A stretch of DNA of 61,775 nt, counting the filler. It is 3 parts of 3 records of this genome, joined end to end, with 100 filler letters (N's around TTAATTAATTAA, not from the genome) between each part and the next. Parts side by side here need not be neighbours in the genome. Positions count along the whole stretch, not along the records: positions 31,571 to 51,695 come from DRR378314_372; positions 51,796 to 61,775 come from DRR378314_375; 1 more part is not named here. The stretch is one strand, 5' to 3'. Shown here in pieces: positions 47,501-61,054 of this stretch. The position numbers were made by a program, and so were the translations under genes. Under the pieces are notes generated by a model. It was not told the DNA's origin. It ran no database searches and saw only the letters and a program-made list of their open reading frames with translations. Every line of letters begins with the position of its first letter. Within the stretch, counting starts at the first letter, position 1.

Positions 47501-50268
47501 TGGCCCAACCGTTCCAGCAGAGCAGGCACATGCACCTGGTCCGACTTATAATTTCCTGTCAGCACATGCATGATCAGGTTCACCCCGAACCGGTTGGCCA
47601 GCTCGCGCTGGCGTTCGCCGCCATAGCCGCGCCCGATGGGCACAAGTGGCGCACCGTCGGGGCGCACGGCCCAGGCGGCGGCCCAGTCGTTGCCGCCAAT
47701 CACCACGGGCGTCACACCGTCATTCAGATTGCGAAACGGCATGCCCTCGATCTGTTCGGCATTGGGCGGAGCGGCCTCGACCCAGATGTCGCGGCTGGTG
47801 TGGCGGCCGGGAAAATCACGCAGCAGATAGAAGGTGCGTGTCAAAACATGATCATCGGGCACGGGTTCCAGCGGTGGAATGTCCAGAGGCGCGGCAAGGT
47901 CTTGCAGCTTGCGACCATTGGGGCTGGCGGCGCCGAAACCGGCGATATTGCCGTCACGGGTGTCAAACAGGATCAATCCACCAGAGCGCAGATAATCGTT
48001 CAATTTGACATAGGCCTCGGCAGAGGGGCGCGGTTGATCGGGTGTGACCGGCCAATAGAGGATCGGGAAAAACGCCAGCTCATCGGTTTCCAGATTAACA
48101 GAGGTTGCCGGTGCGGGTTCGATGGAGGTGCGGAAGAACAGCGTATCGGACAGCCCTTCCAAACCCGCCGCCGCGATTTCATCAACCTGTGGGTTGCCGG
48201 TGATGACATGGGCCAGCGATACCTCGGTGGTGGCGGCAAGGGCGAAACTGTCAGCATCGTTTTGCGCCTGTCCGGGGCTTGCGACACCAAGGAAAGGCAG
48301 TGCCAACAGGACAGCCATCGCCGCATTGCTGCGGTTCAACAGCCGCCCCGAGAGGGCAAGAGAGGCCACAATATCGGCCAAAAGCAACAGGATCGACAGG
48401 CTTAGCAGCCATCCCGCGATCGGTTGCTCAGGGGCCACGGCAAGACCACGCACCGGCACGTCCAGCGGCCAGCTTGCCGGGATCAGACTGCTGTCAGCAG
48501 TAAAGACATTCCGTGCCAGCCGTCTTTCGCCGCTGCTGTAGATGCCGGGGCGCAGGGAAGGACCGGCAGGTGCGCTGACCAGATCACCACCATCCACACC
48601 GGGAAGGTTGCCCGCATCCGACAAGGCACCGTACCCGTCCATGACCAGCTGTGGTATCCATGTGCTGCCAGCCAGATCACCGGCTTCCGGCGTGGCCGCA
48701 GCAGACGACAGGGCAAGCCGCTCAAGCATCTGCACAAACAAGCCGGACAGCGGCAGCGTCGACCATTCCGCCGTCGCGGTGACATGAAACAGAATGATCT
48801 GCCCTTGCCCCAGATTTTTGCGTGTGACCAATGGGGTGCCATCGTTCAGTGACGCAATCACACGTGCGGCCAAGGTTGGATCGGGCTGTGCCACAACCTG
48901 CGCTGAGACAACAACATCATCGGGAATGGGCAGGCCAAAGAACGGGGATGTGTCCTTGAAGGTATCCAGTGATTTCGGCTCGCCCCAACTCATCGCGCCG
49001 CCCACGCTGCGGCCCCCGACACGCAGGCGCACAGGCATCAACGGGTCTTCGTCAAACCGGCTGATGTCACTGGCGGCGATCCGTGGACCGGCAAAGCGCA
49101 CCAGCATACCGCCCTGATCGATCCATTCCAGCAGCGGGGTCGCTTCTGCATCGGCCAAGGTCGCCACATCGGCCAGCACAATCACATCAGGATTGGCTGG
49201 CAGCACATTGGCAATGGAACCGTCAATCAGATCCGCGGTCGGGGCCAAGGCCTGTTCGATGTAATGCAGCGGCGACAACAATTGCAGGCCCTCGCGGTCA
49301 CTGTCACTGCCGATCAGGGCAACCTCTCGGCGGCGCAGGGCGTCATCGACCAGCGTGATTGCCCCAGCCGAGCGTTGTCCGGCAATGGCAAATCCGGTGA
49401 TCCGCGCGCGCAGCTCTGCGGGCAGGGACAGTTCAGCACGGGCCGTGGTTGCGCCGCTTTCAAACACCGCCTCGGCAGTCGCCAGAATACGCGCATTGCC
49501 AGCGGGGTCACGCCCTTCGGCCTGAATTACCGCGGCCCGTTCCGGGCCGGGTATCGCGCGGGCCAGCGAGAGTTTGACCACACTGTCCTCATAGGTTGCA
49601 GGTGCAATGGCCAGCACATTGGCAGCCGTCTGATAGACCTCAACCGCGCCCTGAGCCTGCATCGTGTCCAACAGCGCATCACGCCCCTCAAATTCAAGCG
49701 CATCGCTGAACCAGAGTGTGTCAAACCCGCCAAGACCTTCCATGATCTCAACAGCTTTGGTGATATCGGCGGAGGAGGGCTGCCATGCAGCAGGGGCCAG
49801 ACCGGCCAACCGGGAACGCCAGACATCCGCTGATTGGAATGCAGGTGCATCGGGCTGGGTCAGGGTCAGGAAACCAACGGTGCGTTCGGCGCGGCTTGCG
49901 CGGGTCAGCTGTGCCTCTATCGCGGCGGTTTGTTCGGGCCAGCGCGTTGCCCCTGCCCATGATCCATCCAGCACGATCAGCAAGGGACCGTTCCCGGACG
50001 TCTGATCGGCCTGCGGGTTCAGCACCGGTCCGGCCAGCCCCAGAATGATCGCGGCCACGGCCAGGATACGCAGCAGCAACAGCCACCATGGCGTGCGGTC
50101 TGACACGGTTTCATCATCATTCAGCCCGAGCAACAGCGCTACGCCGGGAAAGCGGCGGCGGATCGGGGCAGGCGGTACCGCGCGCAGGATCAGCCAGAGG
50201 ATCGGTAGCGCCAAAAGCGCCAGCAACAGCCACGGCGCGGTAAACCCGATGCTACCCAGAACCGTCAC
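47497..50268 (-). CDS. BatA N-terminal / DUF4159 domain protein
   Basis: F.APWLLLALLALPILWL..P.RRRFP (BatA), RTPWWLLLLR; C-terminal LTGNYKSDQVH (DUF4159); GTGA start/stop overlap. Confidence 0.8.
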   Translation of the reverse strand: MTVLGSIGFTAPWLLLALLALPILWLILRAVPPAPIRRRFPGVALLLGLNDDETVSDRTPWWLLLLRILAVAAIILGLAGPVLNPQADQTSGNGPLLIVLDGSWAGATRWPEQTAAIEAQLTRASRAERTVGFLTLTQPDAPAFQSADVWRSRLAGLAPAAWQPSSADITKAVEIMEGLGGFDTLWFSDALEFEGRDALLDTMQAQGAVEVYQTAANVLAIAPATYEDSVVKLSLARAIPGPERAAVIQAEGRDPAGNARILATAEAVFESGATTARAELSLPAELRARITGFAIAGQRSAGAITLVDDALRRREVALIGSDSDREGLQLLSPLHYIEQALAPTADLIDGSIANVLPANPDVIVLADVATLADAEATPLLEWIDQGGMLVRFAGPRIAASDISRFDEDPLMPVRLRVGGRSVGGAMSWGEPKSLDTFKDTSPFFGLPIPDDVVVSAQVVAQPDPTLAARVIASLNDGTPLVTRKNLGQGQIILFHVTATAEWSTLPLSGLFVQMLERLALSSAAATPEAGDLAGSTWIPQLVMDGYGALSDAGNLPGVDGGDLVSAPAGPSLRPGIYSSGERRLARNVFTADSSLIPASWPLDVPVRGLAVAPEQPIAGWLLSLSILLLLADIVASLALSGRLLNRSNAAMAVLLALPFLGVASPGQAQNDADSFALAATTEVSLAHVITGNPQVDEIAAAGLEGLSDTLFFRTSIEPAPATSVNLETDELAFFPILYWPVTPDQPRPSAEAYVKLNDYLRSGGLILFDTRDGNIAGFGAASPNGRKLQDLAAPLDIPPLEPVPDDHVLTRTFYLLRDFPGRHTSRDIWVEAAPPNAEQIEGMPFRNLNDGVTPVVIGGNDWAAAWAVRPDGAPLVPIGRGYGGERQRELANRFGVNLIMHVLTGNYKSDQVHVPALLERLGQ

Positions 50269-51149
50269 GCGGCCACCCCTGCGCGGGCGTCGAGCGCCCC
50301 ATATAACCACAAGAGTGCCGATTGCGCAGAGTTATTGGTGTGGTGCAGCCCGTATTGCCAGCCGGTCAGGGCGCAGAGGCGTTGCAACTCTGCCTTGCGG
50401 GTCGCCAGACGCTCCAAGTACCGCGCTTTGAGGTCATTTGCCTTCAGGGTTTCATGGCGCAAGGTGCCGCCGACACTTTCGAAGATTGTGCGGCCAGTGA
50501 AGGGAAACATCTCCTCCGAAGGGTCAAGCAGGTGATAGATCACCCCGCGCACACCCCTGTCTGCCGCCTTGGTCAGCGCGGTTTGCACCCCGTCAAGATC
50601 GCCCATGAAATCGGATATGAAAACCGCGCGGGCATGCGGGATCATGGCGCGATGTTCCGGCGGGCTGTAGTCGGTGTCATCATCCTGACAGAAGATTTCC
50701 GCCAGCCGCAGCACCTGCGGATTGCCACTGCGCGGGGGCAGCCGGGTGCCGGTCAGGCCGACCCGTTCGCCACCACGCAAGAGCAGGATGGCCAAGGCCA
50801 GGCCCAGCACACGGGCACGATCCGCCTTTTCCGGCAGACCCTTATCAGAGGTATACCGCATGGAGGCCCCCTGATCGACCCAGAGCATCACCGATTGCGC
50901 AATCTGCCATTCGCGTTCGCGTACGAATTCCTGATCCCCCATGGCCGAACGGCGATGGTCGATCATCCGCCGGCTATCGCCGTGCTGTGCCGGGCGGTAT
51001 TGCCAGAAATCATCGCCCACACCTGACCGCCTGCGCCCATGTGCGCCCAGCAGAACCGCCCCAGCCAGATGTTCGGCACGGGCCAGCAGCGCAGGCAGGC
51101 GGGCGGCCTGATCCTCGGCGGTGGCGCGAAGAGTGACGGGGGTATTCAC
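50265..51149 (-). CDS. DUF58 domain protein
   Basis: [39 protein letters not shown]; downstream of MoxR. Confidence 0.9.
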   Translation of the reverse strand: MNTPVTLRATAEDQAARLPALLARAEHLAGAVLLGAHGRRRSGVGDDFWQYRPAQHGDSRRMIDHRRSAMGDQEFVREREWQIAQSVMLWVDQGASMRYTSDKGLPEKADRARVLGLALAILLLRGGERVGLTGTRLPPRSGNPQVLRLAEIFCQDDDTDYSPPEHRAMIPHARAVFISDFMGDLDGVQTALTKAADRGVRGVIYHLLDPSEEMFPFTGRTIFESVGGTLRHETLKANDLKARYLERLATRKAELQRLCALTGWQYGLHHTNNSAQSALLWLYGALDARAGVAA

Positions 51150-51695
51150 GCGGCTGCTTTCGTTCCGGTCAGGCTGATGGCGGTTTCATCAATCAACCCT
51201 TGCAGGCTGTCACCCCGGGCGCGCGCGGCAAAGTTCAACGCCATGCGGTGTGACAATACAGGGCGTGCCATGTCCAGCACATCTTCGGCGGAGGGGGCCA
51301 GTCGCCCCTGCAACAGGGCGCGTGCGCGGACCGCCAGCATCAGCGCCTGTGCCGCACGTGGGCCGGGGCCCCATGCAACCGTGTTGCGCACCCGCTCGCT
51401 GGCCCCGTCTTCTTCGGGGCGGAACGCGCGGACCAGATCAAGGATCAGCTCTACCACAGAGTCACCCACCGGCATGCGCCGCAGCAGGCGCTGCGCGTCC
51501 AGCAGCTCCTGCGCGGTGAAGACCTGTGTGGATTGCGCATCGGTGTCACCTGTGGTCGCCAGCAGGATGTCACGTTCTGTATCGCGGTCAGGATAGGCCA
51601 CGTCGATCTGCACAAGGAAGCGGTCCAGTTGCGCCTCTGGCAGGGGGTAGGTGCCTTCCTGCTCAATCGGGTTCTGGGTGGCCAGCACGTGGAAC
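51146..51695 (-). CDS. MoxR family AAA+ ATPase (3' part; 5' truncated by the contig edge)
   Basis: [38 protein letters not shown]. Confidence 0.93.
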
Positions 51696-51795
51696 NNNNN
51701 NNNNNNNNNNNNNNNNNNNNNNNNNNNNNNNNNNNNNNNTTAATTAATTAANNNNNNNNNNNNNNNNNNNNNNNNNNNNNNNNNNNNNNNNNNNN
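51696..51795. other. Artificial contig spacer (N44-TTAATTAATTAA-N44)
   Basis: Same linker as 31471-31570. Confidence 0.97.
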
Positions 51796-51800
51796 GCACG

Positions 51801-51822
51801 CACACACACACACACACACACA
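51801..51822. repeat. (CA)11 microsatellite at the start of contig 3
   Basis: Read directly from the sequence. Confidence 0.95.
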
Positions 51823-52101
51823 CCAAACCTTTCACAACCGTCCCGCATACCCTATACGGCACCACGGCTTCCAATCTCCAAGCTCTTTCTCGAAACGAAG
51901 CAGCGATTCAACTTGCGTCTTCTTCAGATAGTAAATTGTGCAGATCAACGTAAGCTGCATACTTCCCATGCACGCAGAGCCCCGGGAGTGAGTAAACACG
52001 ACGAGTCCCCAGCTGCCCATCAACATTTAATCCTGGCAGAGAGAGCTCCCCAACGAATCGCTCGTGCGGTGGCATGCAAATCGTTGCTTCTACGATACCA
52101 G

Positions 52102-54017
52102 GCGTTTGCTCGCTTTCTCGCCGAAGGGTGTATCCTGACCCACATCGATCTTTCTGACAACGAGATCAAAGAGGTAATTTGCCTGCCTCACGCGGAGAGG
52201 GAGCGGGAAGGGAACACGCATCCTGCGAACAGCCCCTCCATCCCAGCGGGGACATGAAATCCCCAAGCCACCCTTCCTCGAAAACTCAATCCATGGATGT
52301 TACGAACTCTTATTCATCGCGCCAAAGTGTTATCGGGGGGGGCGGGCTGTGCTTTTCTGAGAGCAGGACGGCGCCAAAGCGCTTGCGAAAGCGCTCTATC
52401 GCAACAAAACCTTGCTCGTTATGCGACTTCGCCTGAATCGAATAGGCAACCAGGTATGCGCAGCACTCTATGAATGCACGCGCGACATAGACCCGCACAT
52501 ATCCCTCTACATTAGAAAATTAGAAACAATTTCATGCCATGCAGTGCCACATGTCACGAGTGCCCTTGCAGGCATGCGTACACTCAAGGACACCAACATA
52601 TCTACGATCGGTTGCCGTATCACACCGCGCCGCAATAGTGCAAAAATCAGAGCGGGCACAAGAATACTTCATACCTTTGCACCCCTATTTCTATAGAAGC
52701 CGAAAATATATCATTCCTTGATAAAATGCATATTGTAAAGACGTTCAATTGTCGCTTCGAATCTTGTTGGCGTTCTCAAAGAAAACAACGCTTGTGCGCA
52801 AGAAGAAGCCCGGGCGATTCCTTCTTCACCCCGGCTACACTGTGGACACAACTGCCCGCACGAGCGTGTACCTGTTTCGAGCGTGCTCCCCTTCCCCCGT
52901 GTACACGGGAGCTACCTAAACCCAACACTATGATCACGTGCATCTACGGGGGTATATGCAAATTTCCTCCATTTGTAGGGTGGAGTGTGGATATTTGATG
53001 GCATGAAGTCGAACAACACGCTCATGGAGCTGAGTCTCTCCGCCAATGGTCTTGGCTACGAAGCAGCGCAGAGCTTTGCATCGACATGCAAAGGTGCGCC
53101 CGCGGGATTCCATCCTCCCGCCTCCCTCGCACAATACCTCTTTCTCACTCGTTTACTTCTACGGAACGCCCGCCGCGACCCCGCAGCACAGAAGTATGAC
53201 CCGAAGATAGTAAACATGAGCTCAGCACCCCACGCATGGTGATACCCCGTCACCCTTCGTACTGCTGACGGACGAATCTGCACATGTGCGGCCCTGCCCT
53301 GCCCGCGTGGACTTGCAATCTCGTACACCTCTTCGTGCACGCATGTACGATATCCAACACCCAGTGAACCCGGCACTTGCTTTGCAAAGAATTGATTTTT
53401 CGTGTAATGTATTCGGAGAGGACGGAATTCGGGCTGTAATCCAAGGTTTGGAGGTGCGTTACACCCAGCTGGGAGCTCAGCAGTGAAACACGCGCAGAAA
53501 GCATAACGTTTGTTCAGCACCGGTGTGCCGAATTGGTTCGGTTGGCGGTAGGCGCAGCGCTGTCCTCCAAGTTCCTCGGAGGAAGGCATATGAAACGGGT
53601 CTTGCTTCTGTTCGGCTCTACCACAGGAGAGATCGGTTCTATTCGGTTGCACTGTGGTCAGCTTCTTACGCATGCGTGCGCGTCGAAGCGCAAACTGTCA
53701 GAGAGAACGAAGACTAAGCGCATGTCGTCGCCTTGTCAGCACGTCAGAGGACTCGCGTATCCAGCCTTGCGGCCGCGCTACAACGCCCTACAATGCCCTG
53801 CCAAAATTCCCACAAAAGTGAATGTTCCACTACTACGTACGCCATGCGCGTCCGTTGCTCGCATTTTGGTGCTTCTCAGGTGAACACCAAAATACACACA
53901 ATGGATATTCGCGAAAATGGGATTGACGACGAGTCACTGCGAGCTATGCTCGAAGACCAAGTTCTCGACAACCTCGCTGCCGACATCGCGCTTGCAAAAT
54001 TTGAAAAGAGCTCTTAG
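52102..54017 (+). CDS. Eukaryotic leucine-rich-repeat (RNI-like) gene, last four exons: 52102-52173, 52979-53093, 53365-53453, 53880-54017
   Basis: Each exon encodes an LxxLDLSxNxI-type repeat (LTHIDLSDNEI, LMELSLSANGL, LQRIDFSCNVF, IHTMDIRENGI). All three introns are GT-AG and preserve frame (phases 0, 1, 0). Confidence 0.85.
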
Positions 54018-54299
54018 ATGCCGCAACTATCCAGAAGGTGTCTGATTCCATAATAAAAGAGACTGCTGGTTGGAAAGGCCATCAAGCGGAGTATAGCATC
54101 ATGTATTGATCTGCAGCGTGGGATAGAAGTGGGCCACCGGCGCCCCACGCAGCCACTGTTTCCCATCGAGCCACGTACGAACGCACGCGGTTTAGTACGC
54201 ACCTACACGCGAAAATGTGAGCTCACCTTATCACTGGAAATCCACGCATTATTTCGTTTGCAGAAATAGTATCGCGTGCCTTTGCATTACGAGGGAATT

Positions 54300-57200
54300 T
54301 CTTCAAGGACAGAGAGCACAAGAGGGATGGAGAGCGTTGCGCGCAACGCGTCTTGCAAGGCGCTAGCGACAGGAAGCTTCCCCCAGACACGGTTCAACTC
54401 GCCGCGATAGACAACAACACGACCATCGCCGTCCACCGCGATCCGGATACGCGTGCGAAGCGCTATACCGATTGAGAAACGCAACCATCCATTCACAAAG
54501 TATCGTAAGTGAAAGAAGAACACAGCTCGCAGTTTCCTGAAGCTCTGGTGAGAGTAGTGCCATAGGAGCCGAAAACAAAACGCACTCGTGCCACCAACAA
54601 AAAGGCGTTGCGTGTGCCAGCGCAAGGTGGAAAGGCAGCACGTGCCAACGCTGACAATACGCAATTCAGAGAAAATTAAGCCATACATACCTTCTGGCTC
54701 ACGTACTTCCACATGTATACTGTACTCCTCCATCACAGACCCATGGACTTCCATCCAAGCCGAAAGGGCCGGAGCTCCATGAACACTTGGGCCCGAGGCA
54801 GCACTGCCCGCCACACTCAGCAGCAGCTCGTTCAGCGTCAACTGGCGCCGCAGCAACTGCGCCGCGTCCGAAAGCATCCGCGATTCAAGCCAAAGGTTGT
54901 GGCACCATGAAAATACAACGCAAAGAATCAATCGGAAATTGGTTTTGCGCTACGATTACCACGGCAGTTTCACCTGCTTGGCAACCTCGTGGTCTCGTCC
55001 AGTGGAGCAAGGTGCGAAACCCACAACGTGCAGAAGGGTTCCAGGGCTGGAGCCCCCATACAGAGTCAAGAGTGCCGCCCACACTGATGTGCCAGTAGCA
55101 TTCTGCACAACGTTACAAAACCCGAATACATCGCAACGTAGCTGCTACGTACCTGTAGCGCAGGCGCAACGTGCTGCGGACACGTGCAAAACACGCGCGA
55201 CACCGTATACAGACGCTGACGCTTCTCTGGCACGGAAACAGTCATGCTGCACAAAAATAGTATCAACAGAATCCCCATCCCCAGTAGCCAGCCAATAAAG
55301 CATGCGCAGCCTCAAGTCAATCAAAGTGGAAAGGACACGTGCCAGTCGGGGTGAATCGCCCCCTACGTTCAACCAAAATGTGTAGGGGGCGTCGATAGGG
55401 CAATCCCATACTGGTAACGTGCTTTGCAGTCCGCGGGCGACGCAAAAAGGAACTTCGGGCCTGCGACCGCTCCTGGGGGTGCTCCGCCACACCTGATCAA
55501 GGCTTCCGAGCCAGGCGCTTGACAATAGAACCGAACCTGGTTCTCAGCAATGCGCTCCGGTTGCGAGCTTTCCAGTATTGCCAGCGCATCGCTGGCGTCT
55601 TCGCGCGGCTGTGGCGAGCCAGAGCGCGTCGCTGCTCTCCGACCAGCCTGAAACGCGCACGATGCGCACCGCGAGCCCAAAAATACATACATACATAAAT
55701 AAATAATCAAACAAGAATACAACTTGCAAACACGGAAACACAGTAGCAGACCAAAAACCTCTGGTATACCATCATGGACCCCAGCGAGCATTATGTAACT
55801 ATGCACCCAGATACTTGTGACACGCGTTACAAATCCGAAAAAGTAGTACAAAGCAACCATTGGCGCAAATACCCAATCATTAGCGGAAACGAGGTCGCTA
55901 TCGTCCGCCGCGATTTCGCACTCGCGACGCTGCCCCTGTCAGCCGTGCACGCAGAGCTGCATACGCAGAAAGCACAGGGCCGGCCCTGCCCAACACCGCA
56001 CATGGCGAACCATGCCCCCACCCGATATACCTGAACAATCGTCGACAATTTACGCGCAATGCTTTCACAGCAGCGAACACTGGGTGAAAGAAGAAGCACT
56101 CCGCACACTGGAATCGGCTCGGTAAGCGTCGTTGGCACGGGCTTTGTGGCCGCAAAGAGCGCTTTCGGATTTCGCGGCGCTCCAAACGCCTTGCATACGC
56201 ACGCAACGGCCCAAAATATTCAGAGTCTCGTCAGTAATCGCCGCAACCGCTGACGACCGCATTCACAGACGCAGTTGCTTTCCGCGATCTGCGGAATGTA
56301 AATCGCCTCGGTCGCGCACAGACAGTCTTTGCTTTTCTGGGCTCGCCGAACAGTGTGAGGGTACGCTCAGTACGTGCGAGGACGCAAATTCTCGTTCGGA
56401 GCTGCCAGGGAACGTGCATTTCCACTTCCCACCGTCAAAATCACGGGAACATCGGAGCAATTCAAAGATATACACTACACCGCCGCATGCTCATTGCTAT
56501 GTCTCACGAGTTAGCTCCATCGACACACCCATTCGCACGGCATGCTGTGCTGCGCTACAGTGCAGCCCCACCAAGCACAATGAGTCACCCCATCCCAATA
56601 CCACGCATAACATAAGCGCACGTACAGTTTCGGCCCTACAGCGGCAGGACCAAACCGCACACATCCCGATAAACATTCTTCTAAACAAGCGGTACCGTGC
56701 GCACGACAGGAAAGGACTCCCGAAAAACAAGAAAGTGACCCTGACGTACAATCGTAGATCCTGCACCCATTGTATCGACGGTGGTAAGTTGCGTCTGGTT
56801 CGAGAGTCTACGATGCGTTGCAGACCACTCAAATCGCAGCTCGGCACAAAATGCAGATCTGCCGAAAGTAGAATTCAATGACAGCCAACGCAGTATCGCA
56901 TCAGGCATTTGTGAGAAATATCTTAGCCACGCTGCACAGAGGCAGCAACTTGGCAGCCTCGCGGCTGACAACAGGAATCGCGTCTCGCCACGAAACTCGT
57001 CCCTGCGCATTCACATTACGCAATCTCTCGCGTTTCTGGAAGGACTCTGTACCCACATTTTCATAGTGAATCGCAACCACAATCGGATTCCGATTGATGT
57101 AGGAGATACAGACGAGTGCAAGTGACAAAAGTGCCCGATCTACAACCTGTGCATCTCTGCGGCGGGCGCCATGCCAAAACCGATCCACGTCTGAATGCCT

Positions 57201-60200
57201 CGCATGTCCTTACGCGTACCGCACATCTGTCGCTCCCGCAAGAATAATGTGCCTTGGTCGGTAATATCGCAGCGATAGCGAATATGCACAGGGGCGCACA
57301 ACGATCCCGTGACCGAGGAGTGCAGGGTCTTCATCGGGTGTGGCGAGCGCGCTCAGCGCGCCCCCCGCGCGCGCCTCCCGCTCGCGCTTCGACACCTCCA
57401 CCAGATCGTCTTCAAACGCCTTTACTGCCACGGAAAACTCTTCCAGCTGAGGGGTCGCAAATATCGCAAAGAGCATCTGTATACCAATAGGAGACCCGGA
57501 AGTGAGACATATTTCATAAGCAGCGTGAACACCAGGCAAGCGTACCTGCACCGTCCGCGAACGTACAGCAGCACCCACAGGACGCCCAATACCACTCGCG
57601 CAAAGCATTCCGCGTACAAACCATACACACGGAAAAAGAAACTTTTCATTGTTATTGCTGGAAAAAACCGACAACAAACGGATACGATCACAGCCCCGCA
57701 CATGCGCTACGCTCTACGCAAGACCTCTCCTCTATTCAACGCAGAGAGATACAGTCTGAAATTCCAGAGTTGGCGCCGGAGGAACATCCATTGTGACAGC
57801 GCCACAGAGAGACTGCGGTCGCCTACGACGCTAGCGGACGCGCCGCAAGCACGGTGCACTCTTTGTACTGCAAGCAGGACACGCAGTTGGCAGCGATACG
57901 CACGGACTCTCACCGCAGCGCGCTGAAGCACACCGCGCTAGTCCACTCACGTCGGGTCGAGAAAAGTCTTAGGCTTGCAAAATATAGCACACCTGCAAAT
58001 AGCGAAGTCTCGACGCAAAATCGTCAAAACGGCCCATCCGCAGCGCGTAGGATAGCGCCCCGTCGTCAAAGTGATCCGCAAGAGATCCATCCTCGAGCGC
58101 ACGCGAGATCTGCACGCGCATACGCCATGCATAGGCAGATCCCATGAGAATGGAACCCTCCGCATAGAACCCGCTGTGTATACCGGCTTTCGCACAAATA
58201 TTCACCGCGTTGCTTCATTTGGTTGACACAGGTCTTCCTTTCCGCAGACGAGACAATAATCTTGCAACCGATAACTGTGGAATTTTTCCCCGCGAAAGAG
58301 CAAAGTGGCCGACGGTATTTCCCTCTCCTCATGTCCGTGTCTGAACACAACTACAACAGTACCTCATCACCAGGGAAAACACAAACTAATAGCGCATAGT
58401 TAGGCGTCCCGTTACACAGGAGGAAGAGAAATTCATTGCGCGGATATTGCACAGCATACCGAGAGCTTCTTGATCCTTCCTTCACGCGACAGCCGGACTT
58501 CGGCAATCAAAGCAGCGTCGGATATAATGACAGATGTTTCATCGCCACTGGCTGTTTGCCGAGACTGCGCACACACAGAGCGCCACACAGCGAGAGCACA
58601 TAGCTCTTAGATCTGGATTTGCGGAGCCAATCATGACCTACATATATGTTGAGCAACACGCACATGACTTATCCAATGCGACCCCGCGCGAGGATGAGCT
58701 CGACGTGCTACATCACGCCCTTCGTTTTCAAGCCCCAGCCTCACTCATCCGGCGAGCGTGCTGCCTCCTCTTTGCACTGCAGCTGTACAAGCGTGCGCAC
58801 TCCACGATTCGAATCGTGCAAGCAGACTAGCGCAAACGAGGAGCGCCTTCTTCTCAGCACATGAAACAGTCGATTCACAGTACCGAGCAACGCGTTCGCT
58901 CAACAACAAAAAAAAACCAAATGAATGCGAGGCGTACCGGTGTGGTTCTTCCAGGCGTCGGGGTCCGCCTGGGTGTCCACGTCGGCGTGAAGCGCGGACT
59001 CGATAGCGAAGGCGAAATTACTTGCGTGGGAGTCCACTCGTTTCCTTCCCCGTCCGTCCCGCGCCGAAGGCGAAAAGGCGGCTCGACAAAGCATTGCATT
59101 CCAAGCTTCACCCGGCATTCCGGTATTCCGACACCAGAAAATACAAATGCTCACAAGTCAGGCCCGCAGTGGAGGTATGCAAGCGCGCACGCTTACGGAT
59201 GATGGCAACGTCGCCCGACGAGGCGCAAACTACCTACCTGCAAGCTGCGACACGCCCACTCCTCCACCCCACCTCACGTACCGAGTCAGCTATATCGCGA
59301 ACACATACAAACATATTAAAAAGCATGCGTCGGCCGTCTGCTTCAACGGCCTGTCGATCAAGGTACTGTAATGAAACAAAACCCAGCGCCGCGATGCGGT
59401 GTTAGCGCGAGTGGCGACGCCGCGAGATGTAGTGTGCAAAAAACGAGAGAGAGAGTTCGGCAACGGCAAGCAGAACAAGCTTGGCATGGGGGCAAACCCA
59501 CTCGAGGCACCTACAAACTTCGCTCCTCTCCCCCGAACAAAAATCCCGTTGCGCAATTATAATCATTGACACTTCCATGACCCCTGCATTAACCCTGGAT
59601 TCATACGCATGACATACAACTTCCCGCTGATCTCGTGAATCGGCTGGTTAGCTGCATCAGTGTGGCGAGCACGCTTCAGCAGGAGGCACAAAGACAGAAA
59701 GTTGCCGACCGCTACGTGATACGAGGAGCATCTCCAGCCCCACAGCACTCCGTAATCCAGCGTACTTCTCCCACTCGAGCTTGCGAAGTAGAGATCTTGC
59801 GCGTTACATCCAGATACAGTCGATGCTCTTCGTGCAAAACACGGCCCGCCCGAATGAAACGGCCTGCAGTCTCGCCGTCGAGGTCTGGCAGCGCTGCGCC
59901 GTAGCCTGGACGCGTGCGGGAGCCCGTGCGGCGTCAGCATCACGGCTCACACCAACAGGCTCATGAAACACAACATTCATACACGTATATACGTACAACT
60001 ATTCATGTAAATGACGATGTAAAGCAGATTGCGACCATCGCCTGCGCTCATTATGGTGGGACGGTCCGAAACACAGCGAGAGAGCAAAAGAAAGTGGTGG
60101 CCCGCAGCGATTTGCCTGCAGTCTGGACGTACGAGCACCTGCAGGGCACACGCAACCACAAATAAAAACTGGACACCTTGCGACTTAATTTACACTCTGC

Positions 60201-60468
60201 TCATGATTTGATCGTCCCTAATCGATCCAGACACACCTGTAACAGCTTCTTGAAGCTTCCGGAGCGCACGCTGCAGCCGATACTGTACAGCGTGAACGTT
60301 TACTGGCCCAAGCTCGTGCACATCGTCCGTGTGCACACTGGACGCGCTTGTGCTTGGCGAAGTTAGCCCACGCGCTTGGCCACGAGCAACAGCCGCAAGA
60401 AGTCGCCCCGCCTCTTTCGCCTCCGCCAGACACATTTCCACGGATGCTGGAACATCTGTTGTCTCCAT
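54300..60468 (-). CDS. Probable multi-exon eukaryotic gene of unknown function (boundaries approximate)
   Basis: Protein-like minus-strand segments are flanked by splice signals: 60468-60237 (ATG...ACAG|GTGTGT), one starting at 57446 (TCAG|CTGGAAGAG, LEEFSVAVKAFEDDL), and 55647-55493 (TTTCAG|...ATCAG|GTGTGG). The full exon chain is not resolved. Confidence 0.45.
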
Positions 60469-60870
60469 CGCGTTGTTGGTGACCGCTGCGTCGGGAGAAT
60501 CCGGTTCTGGAGCGTGCAGCGGCGCCAGGCCGGCGGTGCTTGGCTCGCGCTCTCACCTGCTCTCGGTAGGGTCGCGTATAGGGATAGTCAGATTGGACGC
60601 CGCGCGAGATCAAGCGCTCGCGGCGAGGGCGCTCTCGCAACTCCAACCTCGCCGCGCGCGCCTGCCTGGATGTTTGCTCTGCCTTTTTTTGTTCAAAGGG
60701 CCCAAGAATAGGAGACTGATAATCGAACACAAGAATTATCGTCTGTCTAAATCTGTTCGTGCACCTATAGCGTAATTTCCTTATGCCCGTTGTCGCGGGA
60801 ACGAGCTGAGCTCCACTGCCGACGTCGGCGCACGCTTGCGTTCGGGGAAACGCACAGTATCCGCGGCGCG

Positions 60871-61054
60871 ATGCCTCTGCAGAGTCGCGGGCGCGCGCCA
60901 TGGGGCCTGCTACGCCTCCCGCTCTCGTTTGTTGGGTTTCAGACGTTTATTTTCTGCTTCACATTTTTGAGCTATTCAGCATACCACGCGGCGCGAAAGG
61001 GATTCACAAACATCAAGGCCGATCTTGCAGACCAGCACGTCTTCGGCAGCAGCG
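60871..61054 (+). CDS. First exon of an MFS sugar-phosphate/glycerol-3-phosphate transporter (SLC37-like)
   Basis: MPLQ...FIFCFTFLSYSAYHAARKGFTNIK resembles the SLC37 TM1 TF..Y..YH..RK motif; donor G|GTGCGT at 61055. Confidence 0.65.

Noticed and set aside
36327-51695. Alpha-2-macroglobulin/pbpC and MoxR-DUF58-BatA operons as novel systems
   Set aside because: These are well-known conserved gene groupings in alphaproteobacteria.
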